Assembly (NCBI RefSeq): GCF_001194135.2
Contig: NC_068998.1
Location: 37,250,127-37,314,126, forward strand
Length of the DNA stretch: 64,000 nt
Direction of reading: 5' to 3'
Source: Octopus bimaculoides
Lineage: Eukaryota
Shown here one piece after another: positions 1 to 14,257 of this stretch (positions are counted from its first letter, which is position 1; each line of letters opens with the position of its first letter). The notes below the pieces were generated by a model. It was not told where the DNA came from, did not search any database, and was given only the letters and a program-made list of their open reading frames with translations. Made by a program: the position numbers and the translations under genes.

Positions 1-788
1 TATATATATATATATATATATATATTCGTATGCATATATGCATACACACATATGCATATACACACAGAACACAAAATATATCATACGTACACATGTAGGC
101 GGGCACGCTCGCACTCACACGCACGCACTCACGCACGCACACACACACACACACAAACACAAACAAACACACACACACAACAAAATCATGAGGCCTCCAT
201 TAGAAACACAACATGAAGTGAACATTTTGAAAAATGTTGCAAAAAAATAATTCAAAATATACCCATTTTGTTAAAATACTGAGAGGAAAATGAACAGTTT
301 TGAAAAGCCAAAGAAGTGTATTATCCGTAAGTACAGACCAAAACAGAACAAAAACATAATACTTAAGCTACTAGAATTAGTATTACAACAATTTTGAATC
401 CACATGAAAACATGAACGCTACACAGTTTGAATAATCAAAGCAATGTATACTTGTACGATTATGTACACTTTTATAGCAAATTTTTTATATGTTCGCACA
501 GTAATATGCGGATATTTATGTGCATGTGTATGCATAAAACAATATATAAGGGCATGTGTGCGTATGTGTGTGCATTTATATGCATCTACCTATACGTACT
601 TGCATTTATTGTATATATGTATGGCTGTATATGTGCATATATATATATGTATGTATACGTGTGCGTGCGTGCGTTTGTGTATGCATGTATGTATGTATGT
701 ATGTATGTATGTGTATAGATCGATCGATTGGTAAATAGATAGATACATACATACATACATATATATATATACACACACACACATATAC

Positions 789-822
<34 letters not shown>

Positions 823-1261
823 ATATATACGTACATATATAAGTACATAGCGAGATGTCTATATTAATGTGTTTAAATAAGTGTGTTTGCGTATCAGTGT
901 GTACACTCATTCGTGTATATGTATTTGTACATATACATCGGTGTGTCTACTTACGATTTTGCCTACATATATATATATGTATCTATATGTAGCAATCAGT
1001 TGTTAAGATTATATCTACAGATATTCTCTAGAAATTTTAGCCATCACTGAATTTTGTTACGACGTTTCCTATCCGAGACATATATAATCGTATATAATCG
1101 TACGAGTATACATTGCTTTGATTATTCAAACTGTGTATCGTTCATGTTTTCATGTGGATTCAAACTTGTTGTAATATTAATTCTAGTAGGTTAAGTATTA
1201 TGTTTTTGTTCTGTGTTGGTCTGTATTTACGGATAATATACTCTTCTTTAGTTTTTCGAAA

Positions 1262-2240
1262 CTGTTCATCCCATAAGTTCTGTCCGAATTTTAAATAAAG
1301 AAAACAAGTGATCAAATGTTATATTTAATTGAAATTTATGTACTTTCTCTGATTATCTATGACTTCCTTCCATCTATTTATAAGCTTTTTAATCCCATCA
1401 ATGTAGAACTCTTTTGCTTTCAAAGCGAAGAACTTTGAAACGTCAGTTTCGTCCTCCTCCTGTCTTGCGAAAGTTATGTCCCCCAAATGATTCTGTAAAC
1501 TGCGAAACAAATGGTAGTCTGAAGGAGCAAGATCGGGAGAATAAGGTGGATTAGGAAATTTTCCCCAACCAAGCTCTTCGATCTTCTGTGATGTGATATT
1601 TGCAGTGTGGGGTCGCGCATTGTCCTGATGAAACATCACTCCTTTTCGATTCACTAAAGCGAGTCTTTTTTTCTCCAAAGAACCTTTTTTCTATAATGTT
1701 CCCTTCTCGGTTGTGGTTGAGCTTTTTCCCTTTTACCAAGCCACTGTTTACGATGTTTAANNNNNNNNNNGTCTTTTTTTCTCCAAAGAACCTTTTTTCT
1801 ATAATGTTCCCTTCTCGGTTGTGGTTGAGCTTTTTCCCTTTTACCAAGCCACTGTTTACGATGTTTAACATTTTGATAGAAGATCCATTTTTTTGTCACC
1901 AGTCACAAGTCTATCCAAAAAGGGTGAAATGAGTTCGTGAGAATGGAGAGAAGGGCAGATGTCAACTCGAGATTTGCGGTTACTTCCGGACAATTCATGA
2001 GGCACCCATTTTCCAAGTTTATGAACCTTTCCAAGTTGTTGAAGATGATGATGAACAGTTGGTTTGAACTAAGCTTTATTGCCAATTCTTCAACTGATAA
2101 TGCAGGATTTTCTTCAAGTAATGCCTCAAGGAGCTTATCATTAAACTCAACTGGGTGTCGTGTTCGATCTTCCTTTTCAAGGCTGAAATCTCCATTTCTG
2201 AATTTTGCAAACCATATTTGGAATTATTCTACCGCAGTTT
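1262..2240 (-). mobile_element. Mariner (DD34D) transposon relic with frameshifted transposase
   Basis: Minus strand across frameshifts gives GKWVPHEL, LVTGDKK-WIFYQNVK, FHQDNARPH and PYSPDLAPSDYHLFRSLQ. A TIR-like ctgttcatcccataagttctgtccg lies at ~1262. No partner TIR found. Confidence 0.92.
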
Positions 2241-3937
2241 GACTGGTGATAATATTGCAGTAACATTTGTTGAGCTACATGGGAACGAGTTCTCAAACGG
2301 CGTTTGATGTAATAACACAGGGAAAAAAGGCAAAGATCTAATTAATTGGATAAAAGGAAATAATTATTCAGAGATTGTAACATTGATTATTCCCCTTGTG
2401 TTATATGCGTTGCTAATCGGCAACAATTTTGATATCTTTGATTCTTACGCATACATTCAATAGAAGATGTGAAAATACTAACAATATTCAGTTTCACAAT
2501 TGTTGCAGTTAAGAAAATCGCTTTACAATCATGTGGTTTCGAGTTCAGTCCCACTGTGCAAGTGTCTTTATGGCTGGCCAGAGAGTAACCATTATTGTCG
2601 CACCTATAAAGCGCTTAGCCATATAGGCGACACGTCAGACTCAAATGCCTGAAGGTGCATAACCTCTCTACAACTGGAGCTAGGAATGCGTGAGTGTCAG
2701 TTAGTTTTGTAAACAAAATTTGTCAGTGCGGGAGGTGTTACAGGTGGGATGGAGTGATACCCCTTACATCAGTTCCAACCGCGGTGATATTCAAAGATGC
2801 TGCCGTGGGTCTATTCAACAAATTGAGTATTTCCAAGCTTGTAGTATGAAGCGTTTTAGATGAGGCCGTTGACTATATACTTCTTTCCTGGTGTATAAAA
2901 AAGCCCCCGGGTCAAGCGTGTTTTTAGGATTCTTGTTCTTTGCCAAATAAAGACTACATCGTTTCATCCAGTTTACATAAGACCCTGGCTGTTCAAAAGG
3001 CTTCTATTTTAGTATGCATAGGGTTTCTTCCTCTTTTAAGCGTCATACGGGCTGACAAGAGACGTGATGTTGCACCTTTCCGTTGTTTAAACAAGGCTCT
3101 GGTTGAAACAACATTCTGTGAATGTATATTTGATGTGCTACCACCGCTGATGGTCCTGATGGTCTGATGTCGTTGTTGTTTATGCCGCAAGTGTTGTTGT
3201 TGTTGGAGTTCCTGCCAGCACTGTTTTTCGTGGGCGTGATTCTGGTGGTTTCGTTGCTGCTGGCGAAGCAGTCATTTCTGGCTTCAGTGTTGGTGTTGGT
3301 GCAGCGGTCGTAACTGTCGGTATTGTTGTTTTTGCTGCTTGATCCGCTGCTGCCGCCACTGCTGTCGTCGTCAATGTTGTCGCCGCTGCTGTTGTTGACG
3401 TTTAGGATGTTGTTCCGGCTACCAGTGCCGGCAACCATCTCAGCCTCAAACACGACTCCCTCGGCTTCGCATCGACCATCCCACTGGGCAATAATTTTGT
3501 ACCCATTATGAACACCCTGCTTCTGCTCGCAGCTTAGGGGTGCTCACTAATATTTTCTTAATGCAGGGTGAGTAACTAAATGATACTTAAATTGTGCATA
3601 CTAAACAAAAGTCTGTGACTGTGTGACTTTGTGAAGTGTTTGTGCACCAGTCTAAGTAAAATGCTTCCCACGCACGATTTAACGTTGGGAGAGAAAGGTA
3701 GAGCAAACCAAATGACTTCACTGTGGCGCTTCCAAGCGGTTCGGTAAACGACGCCAATAGAATAAGCACAAAACGTTTTTTAAATAAATACTATTTGTTC
3801 TACTAAACAGCCTATAAAGCGGTACCCCAGCATGGCTGCTGTCCAGTGACCGTAACTAGCAACAGATAAAAGTTATATAGCTCTTGAGTAGTACTACAAT
3901 AGTACAACTAGAGGGTATATATAAACTTTTGCTTACG

Positions 3938-4023
<86 letters not shown>

Positions 4024-4414
4024 TGAGTTGTTGGGTGGGTGGATAGGTGGATGGATGGATGAATAGATAGATAGATAGATAGTATCTTTACTACAACATC
4101 CCATTGAAATGTTTTTATCCATGTATATACACACGTACTATGTATGCAAAATCACCATAAATGTGCAGTACGTCATTATGGAGTGCGAATATGCAAATTT
4201 GAGAACTCAAATAGCAAGAAATAGTATGCGTTCAGTTTGTATTATACGGAAAACAGCAAATACATATTGTATACGCAAACACATATGTATACATATACTT
4301 ACACTCACACACATATGTATGAGTATATATATATATATATACACATATATAAATACATATATGTATATATATAGATACATATTTATATTTATATACATAT
4401 ACACATACATATAT

Positions 4415-4499
<85 letters not shown>

Positions 4500-5534
4500 C
4501 GATTAATATATATGTATGAAGGCATATATATGTATACATCCTGTGTACTTATATGTGTAATCACCAATATACAGAATCCTTAAGAATAATTATTGATTTT
4601 TCTTTCCAATCTAGTCTCAATAATAATTCAAAGAAAGATAGATACACGGATGCATTTATATGCATATGTATGTGTGTGCGTGTGTGTGTGTGTGTATGTA
4701 CACACGTACGTACGTAATACTATGTCACTTATGTGTAGAATTATTGACAGGCGAATGCAGCATAATAAATCACCTGATACAGTATAATATACCCCTTGTG
4801 TTTCCAGTCTATATTCAAACCAAATTTAATAGAACAGGAAGTGAATAGCAGCACATCAAATGTCCAGTTGTAATGGAATGATTGCAACTCATAAGTGATA
4901 TTTAATATTCTGCTAAATTTTCTTTCTGATAAGGAATTTTTCTTTCATATTAATATTTCTTTAGAGGGTAAACTCTCAATTTCCGCAATTGGCAACCATT
5001 TTGAATGTAATACCGTTATCATAAATTTCTACATCTATCAAGATATTATCGTTTAATTGCTACCCGCTTGCATCAGCTAATTGAATATTTGGTAAATGAA
5101 CGTGAGTTGAATATCCAATATTTTTTGAGTCAGTAGAATATTGAATGTTTCAGAAAAAAATATTGATTTTTCTGTCTTTCCAATCTAGTTACAATAAAAT
5201 TTGCTACAACAAAAAATTTTCTAGATATCAGGGAAGATATTTACCGGAAATTGAATCGTCCTAGCCTTTCCCTGTGGCATTAACGTTGGATAGAAAGATG
5301 GCCGCAATATTGGCTTGTCACTTGTTTATTTCTTGCTCTACAGCACTGGTAACAAGTTTCTCTAAAATATTCGTTTACTTAATGTATTTATAAAACATTA
5401 AGAAGGAACATGTCATTATATCTACAAATTTTATGTAATGTCCCTGAATTGTGATGAAATGGTGTGAATGCTCTAATCTTGGGTCTTTCACAAAGCCGAT
5501 TCAGAGACAGACAGATGGAGATGATAATAATGAT

Positions 5535-5697
5535 AATAATGATAGACTCCAGTGTTCAGCTGATACTTATTATATCGACCCTGAAAAGATAAAAGCCAAA
5601 ATCGACCTCGTCGAAATTTGAATTCAGAACGTGACGACGGACGCAATCCCGCTTAGCATTTTATCCGTCGTGCTAACGATTCTGCCAACTCGCCAGT
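5535..5697 (-). mobile_element. tRNA-derived SINE family A, partial
   Basis: Reverse complement has head tggcgagttggcagaatcgttagcacg, B-box-like ctgaattcaaatttc and the core shared with the other family A copies. Confidence 0.8.
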
Positions 5698-6208
5698 GAT
5701 TTCTTTATTTACTATTAGGGGTTCACAAAAAGTTATTGGGGATGGTACAGGATATTACAATTTGGGGTTACATAACGAAGAGTGTAAACAGTAAAAACGA
5801 TAATATAAATTCTAACAATGAAAAATTCCCCAAAAAACTTCCTAGGGCTGCTCGAGGAAACCCACAAATTCACTGTCGCCTTGACCACTAGGGAAAGCGT
5901 CCTCTCCACATCGTTTCCCTCCAATTTACAGGCGCATGCTTAGTGTAGGCCCATTCATTCGGACCATTCTTACACATTCCACCACTTTTTGATGGAAATT
6001 GCTGGGAGTCACGACTTCCCGTTCTACTCTCACCTTCCTTTTCAAGTGAAATTGAAAAAGGTTTGCCTTCAGCTCTTTTTGTCTAATTCACCACTCAATA
6101 ATGGATTCCAGTTAAGGCGGGAATTCTATTTATTTAACCCGAAAATATGAAATGAAAATTGGCTTCGTCAATATCGGACTTCAGAGAAACTAAACGAAAT
6201 ACCACAAG

Positions 6209-6440
6209 CACTCTATGGTGTGCTCTACTTTCTCTGTTTATTCATCACCTTATTGAATTTCCTTTACGCGTTTGCAGGCTACCACTCCACAGGGCGCTCT
6301 ACCCTCTCGGTCTCTTCATCGCCTTATTTTATATTGAATCAACTTTACGCTTTGAAAGACTACCACTCTACGGGGCACTCTACTATCTTTGTTTATTCAT
6401 TGCCTTATTTTATATTGTCTCAAGTTTACGCTTTGACAGA
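6209..6440. repeat. Three degenerate tandem units of 74-81 bp
   Basis: Units start at 6209, 6283 and 6364 and share cactc..ctctac..ttcat.gccttatt..tttacgc.tttg. Confidence 0.8.
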
Positions 6441-7544
6441 AACATTCATAAGCTTTATGAATTTTGTTTGAAAACCGTAAGAGAATCCTTTTTGGTTCCA
6501 TTTCTTTTTTATGTTTTGAGTTCAAATCCCATGAGGTCAACGTTACCTTTTATCGTTATGTAGTCCCTAAAATAAAGGCCAATAAATTTCGGGCGTCAGT
6601 ATAATCAACTACACGCTTTTGTCTTAATATAAACCTCTGTGCTTATATTTAGTGTTATTACTTTTATCTTTTTAATATATAATGTATATTTTCGCACCTT
6701 TTACTTATTCTACTGAAACTAATGTTGGTTTAATGTGATATATAAGACAGTTTGCCTTTTCTGTTGCAAGGCTAAATACTCTTTGTTTTCGAAGAAATGA
6801 CTAACGATGGTTTTATTTCATAAATATTGTCTTGATCTTTTGACTGTTATCAATGATGTATATCAGGTCATCAACTAATGCTTTGCTTTCAAACTAAGTC
6901 TCAAGCTCTTATGTTCGAGAAGAAATTTTGCACAAAATTATGCTTTCACTTTCGAACCTTACAGTTCATATCAACGTGGTTGCCTGTATATCATTTCTAC
7001 CAATTTATTTCCATGAACATGAAAAGCAAGATAAGCACGGACTTAGCTAGTTTCTCAGATTCAAGGGAATGACAAAAGATTTTTTCGTCCCGTTCACGTG
7101 CACTTTCATAAAATAAGGCTCAATATCACGAAATTCAAACTCCTGATCAAATTAGGTTTCAATTCAGGGGTTTTCAGCAATTTTAGTTCATTAATACATT
7201 ATTTTATCTATTTATCTACTTGTTAACCGCGGTCGCTCAGAATTTTTCTTCAGCTTAATTTGTACCCTTGATTATCTGAGTTCATATCTTACCTAAGGCA
7301 ACTTTTTTTTCTTATATTCGTGAGTTAGTGAATAATTATAGTAATAATAACAATAATAATACCAACTGTGATGAACTGAGGTCGCTTTGGTCTTCTTTTA
7401 CAGCATAGTTTCAACAACGAAAGTCGGTAGCTATCTAAGAATTTAAAATGATTAACATATTCCTCAGGAGTAGTAACAATAGTAGTAATTACAGCTTCCG
7501 CAAGAACAACAACAACAGTAGCAGTAGCAGAAGCGGTGGCAGCG

Positions 7545-7609
<65 letters not shown>

Positions 7610-8350
7610 TGTTGTAGTAGTAGTAGTAGTAGTATAAGAAGAAAAATCTCGACTGAAAAATGATGGATGAAGAAGTATACGTAAAGGTGAAAGAAAAACA
7701 ATAAAAAAGCCTGTCTAATCAATAATGATTTATACTAGAGAGACGAAGAAATCAATAAACAAGTGATCGAATTATTCTACGCACCACCACTACTACCACC
7801 GCCGCCGCCTCAATTTTACACGCACAACCATTCTGGAAAAGAAAAAAAGTTTTTCAGAATTATAATCTAACTGAAAATATATAACTATAAATAATTAACC
7901 ACGTTAATTTATTTCAAATTAAGATATAAATCTAATTAATTGTTTACTGATATATATAGATTTTTAACTTAGGAATAACGTTAGGTGTTGAAGCAAAAGG
8001 TGTTGGATTTATTAAGTTTTCTAAGTGTATCATTTAAACACTGTGTTCGACGGAGTCCTTTATCGAAATGGCTTTGGTGGAATTTGAACTAGGAAACTAA
8101 GAAGAGACTAAAGAAATGAAAAAAATTGGAAGCCACTTTATATAATCGGAGTTAAGTATCATCAAATGGTTTTACTATCCTGTAGATTCCACCCACGCAC
8201 AGAATAATGTCATTTAAACCTACTGTTTACTGTTATCAACTGATCATTGTTATCTAAAATGTTCGGTTCTTAAGAGATCGCAATAAGTAGCTACTAACGT
8301 TCTTAAAAATGTTCAGTGTTCCTGCTATTTTTGTTGTTGTTGATGTTCTT

Positions 8351-8765
8351 ACTTTTTATCTTTTATCTTTGACTCGTTTCAATTATTAGTCTGTGGTCAT
8401 GCTGAGGCACCGCCTCGAACTAATCGACCCCAGGACTTTTTTTAAACCTAGTACTCATTCAATCGGTCCTTCTATTTTTTTTTTTTTTTTTTTTTTTTTT
8501 GCGAGCCGCTATGTTACAGAGACATAAACACAGCAACGCCGGTTATGAAGCAGTGGTGGAGGGACATTCACAGACGCAAAGACACACACACATAGCTATA
8601 TATATACGACGGGCTTCTTTCAGTTTCCGCCAACGAAGTCCACTCACAAATTTTTGGTTATCATGAGGCTATAATGATGACACTTACCCAAGGTGCCACG
8701 CAGAGGGACTGAACTCGGAAGCATGCGGTTTGGCAGGAAGCCTCTTACCACATGGCCACGCCTGT
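8351..8765 (-). mobile_element. SINE family B (tRNA-like head, central microsatellite), near full length
   Basis: Reverse complement gives ggcgtggccatgtggtaagagg..gagttcagtccctctgcgtggcaccttgggtaagtgtc, then gaaactgaaagaagcccgtcg, a TA/CA tract and the family 3' part. Confidence 0.85.
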
Positions 8766-9054
8766 GTCTATGATGATGATGATGATGATGATCGTGACGA
8801 TGACGATGGTGGAGGTGATGATATTTAGCCTTACCGAGAAAGTATATACTCACAAGTATTCCAGTCAGTATCATCCTCCTTTTATTAAATAGTATCTACA
8901 TATATTTCAGTTAATGAAAGTGTTCTTGCATTACTCAGAGTCCAGTCTGAGAATGTTTTGGCTGCTATTTCTAGCCGATCGCGCGATCCCATGAAAGCTC
9001 TCTTCCTGCTTCACTGAGGGTGATTTTGGGTTCTAATCAAGGTGTAAACATTAA

Positions 9055-9505
9055 TATGGCTGCTTGAGTAAGAAGCATGATTTGCGGTCACATGGTTTCA
9101 AATTCAATTCCACTACCCGGCACATTTGGCTGTACCTTCTACAAAAGCCCCTGTCTAATTAATGCCTTGTGAGTGAATTTGGCAGGCGGAAATTGTGTGA
9201 AAGCTCGTCGTTTATATTTGTGTGTTCGTGCGCGCACGTACGTGCGTGTGAGTGTGCGTATGTGTGTGTGTCTGTGTGTATAAAAATATGTGTATGTGTA
9301 TACCTTTGTGTTTGTCCTCCTATCGCTTCACAACAGATGTTGGTTTATTTACATCGCAGTTACGTAATAATTCTACAGAAGAGAATGGATAGAAAAAGAA
9401 CCAGACCGAAAACAAACTAAATACTAGGTTCGATTCGTTCGAATAAACCCTACAAGGCGGTGTTCCAACGTAACCGTAGTCCAATGACTAAAACAATTAA
9501 AAGAT
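9055..9505 (+). mobile_element. SINE family B, diverged
   Basis: Head, gccttgtgagtgaatttggcaggcggaa, central GT tract, then aaggcggtgttccaac..gtccaatgactaaaac. Confidence 0.75.
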
Positions 9506-10439
9506 GGAAAATAAAATGCTGAAGATCCCTTGTCAAGCTAGCTCGTAAGGAGAGTGTACAAAATTCTAGATCCTGCAAACTAACGATTCTAAGATTGCCC
9601 TTCATTATGAACCTCATTTTAGATGCATCTGAGCCCCCAATTAAGTTGGACGAATCTAAATATTGCATTGTGCTGTATGTGTTCTTTCGACTTCGTGTGC
9701 CAAGTAATATAATTATTATCATCATATTGTTTCGTTGTTAAAATTCCGATTATCTTGTGCTAACCAACCCTATAATGATATATAAGGAATTAATAATTTG
9801 GTCTCACATTCTTCAGGTAATGCGATTATCATAACGAGTATGACTTTGCCAGGATTTTGCCCGACAGAAAGCAATGCATCGATGTTTCTCAAATATTCTG
9901 CCAAATACATTTCATTTATTCAATTATCATACACACAAATGGTGACCAATCAGATGAAAGAAATGAAGACACACGACAAATATGACATTTTTTTTTTTGT
10001 TTTTTGGTTCACTGTGAACAAAAAAACGATTAACGATATATGTGAGCACGTGCCTCTACGGGTGTGCGCGCGCGAGCACGTGCGTATGTCTGTTTTTATA
10101 GGTGTGTGCTAGTGCATACATATATTATATATATTTGTACATACATTTATATATATATGTATATATATATATATATGTAAATATAGGCAAATACGTACAT
10201 ATGCGTATATATATATATATATATATGCTCGTGTGTGTGTGCATGTATCAACATAGTTCATATATCCTAAAAAGAAACACACTGTAAAGCATTATAGCAG
10301 CAATATGTCTTTTAGGAAGTTAAAATTTATGGCCGATCATAGAGTGATCATTGGTTTCGCTCCTAGGAACCATTGAAATCTGACAACTCACCTATACTGC
10401 TAAACGATCTGTGACTGTCCATAATTTTTTAACTTCCCA

Positions 10440-10675
10440 ATATATACATACTCTTTTACACTTTTACTTGTTTCAGTCATTTGACTGCGGCCATGCTGGA
10501 GCACCAACTTTAGTCGAGCACATATCGACCCCAGGACTTATTCTTTGTAAGCCTAGTACTTATTCTATCGGTCAGTTATGCCGAACCGCTAAGTTGCAGT
10601 GACATAAACACATCAGCATCGGTTGTCAAGCGATGTGGGGTGACATGCACAAACACACAAAAATTTACACACACA

Positions 10676-10762
<87 letters not shown>

Positions 10763-10785
10763 ACATATACATATATATACGACGG
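10440..10785 (-). mobile_element. SINE family B, 3' half up to the central microsatellite
   Basis: cttgtttcagtcatttgactgcggccatgctggagcacc..cggttgtcaagcgatg, followed by (CA)n(TA)n. Confidence 0.85.
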
Positions 10786-12245
10786 CCTCCACTTTCCCTC
10801 CACTTCTCCTGCACTATCTCTGACACCTCTGTCTTCTTTCATGAAATTTCGGTCAGTATTTATCACTCCGCTCTCACCACCTCCATCCACTACAAACACA
10901 CAGACTCACACTCATACCTCAAATTCTCCTGCTCCCACCCTAAACACACCAAGCTTTCCATCTCCTATTCCCAATTCCTCCGTTTACGCAGGCTCTGTAG
11001 TGACGACCATGACTTTGAAATTCAGTCTCAACTCATGGCTCGCCACTTCATCCTACGTGGATATCTATCCCTTCACCACTATCCACACCGCCCTTGCCAG
11101 TGCACATGCCTCTCCAACGGAACATTCTCCGAGCCTTCCGGCGACTCCAGTCCGACCACACTACTTCGCACATCTTCCCTAACGGACCCCTCCTCTCCTT
11201 CAAACCAGCACACAACCTACCTGACCTCTTGATCCACAGCTTCTTCCCTAACCCAACCTCCCAACCCGGCTCGTTCCCCTGCTATCGCCCACGTTGCCGG
11301 GCTATCCCTTACCTCTCCAACACCACCCTCCTCACAGGTACCCATCATCGACTCTATCATATCACCGATTCCTTCACCTGCACTTCTCCCACTGTCATCT
11401 ACTGCATCTCCTGCTTTCTCTGCCCTTCTCTATACATCGGGCAAACAGGACGGCTGACTGATTCGCGGAACACCTCCGAGACATCCGACTCGGCAATGAC
11501 ACTCCGGTCTCGAGCCATTTCCGCTCTACCAGTCACTATTGGCAACACATGTCTGTATTCGGATTGTTCTTGCACAGAGGCCATCCGGACTCCCATTTGC
11601 GCCGTGAACAGGAATTAATCTTCTCTCTTCGCTCCTTTGCTCCACATGGGCTCAACTCTCCTCCCTTCTTCAGCTAACCTCCTACCCTCTCCTCTCTCCC
11701 TCTCACACCTACTTCCCCCACCCACCTCTCCTCTCTTGCTCCGACTCCTACTTCTCTTCACTCCTACTCTCCTCTCTTCTTTTCACTCCTAACCACCTTC
11801 TCCCTTCCACCTTCATAGTTACCTCTCCCTCGTAACCTCACCCACCCCTACACAATCCAACCCCACCCTCAGCCTACCCGCATACCCCACATCTACCTCC
11901 ACTCTCAGCCTAACCCACACCACACACCACTACACCATACACCACCATACCACACAACTCCACATCACATCACACCACCACGCACACACTAGCACTGACC
12001 ACTTCCCAGCCCCACATCCATACACCTACACATACACACACACACACACGTCAAGGTTACCAACTCTCTTCCACACGCGCAGACATACTCCCTTATACAT
12101 ACGCACGCGCACCTTCCTTTTGGGATCACCACTACTTTATTATCTGCCCTCCTTCCTAGCTCTCCTGTGTGGCCCTTCTGTCTGGCATTCGCCACGATAG
12201 ATCGCTAGCCACTACACATTTTTTATTTTCTCTCCTTGTTTCTTT
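10786..12245 (+). mobile_element. Penelope-like element relic: RT thumb, GIY-YIG endonuclease and C/T-rich 3' region
   Basis: TSIHYKHTDSHSYLKFSCSHPKHTKLSISYSQFLRLRRLCS and RGY (PLE RT thumb). Then FTCTSPTVIYCISCFLCPSLYIGQTGR (GIY-YIG) and a frameshifted RREQELIFSLRSFAPHGLN end. Confidence 0.9.
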
Positions 12246-12410
12246 NNNNNNNNNNNNNNNNNNNNNNNNNNNNNNNNNNNNNNNNNNNNNNNNNNNNNNN
12301 NNNNNNNNNNNNNNNNNNNNNNNNNNNNNNNNNNNNNNNNNNNNNNNNNNNNNNNNNNNNNNNNNNNNNNNNNNNNNNNNNNNNNNNNNNNNNNNNNNNN
12401 NNNNNNNNNN

Positions 12411-12452
<42 letters not shown>

Positions 12453-14257
12453 TAAGTTCGGGCACAACATTTGAAAAACACCGTATTTGGCAGTACTATT
12501 AGCGCCTATATCATAATCTGTTTTATTAAATATATCATCGATTTTCAAGTTACTCACACGTGTGGTTTTAGGGAGTTTTGCTATTTGTGGCACTTCAAGT
12601 GAATGTGGAGAGAATTAATCAGATACATACATATTTACATGCACACATACACACACATTTTTTATATTTTCTTTTGCTTTTAATTGCAAATTTTTAAAGT
12701 TTAAATTAATCATTTTCATTTTAAAATTTATTTGTATTCCATTCTTCGTATTGACACGCCTGTCATGTTTTTAGTCTTATATCATTTCTTTAATTTTACT
12801 TTCATAACAAAACCCAGTATCCAAATTTTTAAAATCACTATTATTGTGTTAAAATCAAATACTTGTAGAATATATTGATTCAAAAACATGAGTAAAATAT
12901 ATTAATAATAGTTTTAAAAAAAACAAAAATTTAATTTCTTTAGAGTTTGCAATGTCACGTAACAAAGTATTTTCTACTTACAGTCAGAAGAATATTTCGA
13001 AAAACGAAAGCTAATGAATATATTGAGTACAAAATTTTGAAATTATTCTCTAGCTGTTTAAAAAAAAATTAGGGGTTNNNNNNNNNNNNNNNNNNNNNNN
13101 NNNNNNNNNNNNNNNNNNNNNNNNNNNNNNNNNNNNNNNNNNNNNNNNNNNNNNNNNNNNNNNNNNNNNNNNNNNNNNNNNNNNNNNNNNNNNNNNNNNN
13201 NNNNNNNNNNNNNNNNNNNNNNNNNNNNNNNNNNNNNNNNNNNNNNNNNNNNNNNNNNNNNNNNNNNNNNNNNNNNNNNNNNNNNNNNNNNNNNNNNNNN
13301 NNNNNNNNNNNNNNNNNNNNNNNNNNNNNNNNNNNNNNNNNNNNNNNNNNNNNNNNNNNNNNNNNNNNNNNNNNNNNNNNNNNNNNNNNNNNNNNNNNNN
13401 NNNNNNNNNNNNNNNNNNNNNNNNNNNNNNNNNNNNNNNNNNNNNNNNNNNNNNNNNNNNNNNNNNNNNNNNNNNNNNNNNNNNNNNNNNNNNNNNNNNN
13501 NNNNNNNNNNNNNNNNNNNNNNNNNNNNNNNNNNNNNNNNNNNNNNNNNNNNNNNNNNNNNNNNNNNNNNNNNNNNNNNNNNNNNNNNNNNNNNNNNNNN
13601 NNNNNNNNNNNNNNNNNNNNNNNNNNNNNNNNNNNNNNNNNNNNNNNNNNNNNNNNNNNNNNNNNNNNNNNNNNNNNNNNNNNNNNNNNNNNNNNNNNNN
13701 NNNNNNNNNNNNNNNNNNNNNNNNNNNNNNNNNNNNNNNNNNNNNNNNNNNNNNNNNNNNNNNNNNNNNNNNNNNNNNNNNNNNNNNNNNNNNNNNNNNN
13801 NNNNNNNNNNNNNNNNNNNNNGCACCAAATTTGTAATAATAATTTTTAATGTGGAAACTTATAGGCAATTAGTCTTTTCACTATAATTGAAAATAGATAG
13901 CTTCTTGAGTATTTTAATTTCAACGTATATGTAAAAATAAAACTTATAATAGGATATTTATTTCTATTTTAGTTTCTAAATTCTAATTTCATCAGCAATA
14001 TTTTATTTATTTTTTCTTCTTATCCTGTACTTTTCCTGGCTGTATTACTGCTCCTCCTGTATTTCTCTAGGTTCAATACTTCGGAATATTGTAGTACTAT
14101 GTGCCCGCGTTTTACATTCCAGTTCATTTTTCCAATCAATTCTTCTATTTCATAATTAATTATACTTACTCTTTATATTTTTCATTCTAGTAATGCTAAA
14201 AATGAAGACATAAATATTTTAGCTTAACGATGAATTTTGTAATCAAATTATGTTATG

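Noticed and set aside
38-848. Many His/Thr/Tyr/Ile/Val/Cys-rich ORFs here and across the window
   Set aside because: They are translations of (CA)n, (TA)n, (TATG)n, trinucleotide tracts or N runs, with no protein motifs.
1663-1868. Exact 98-bp direct duplication inside the mariner transposase
   Set aside because: The copies sit on either side of a 10-N spacer, typical of uncollapsed contig overlap, so it is an assembly artefact.
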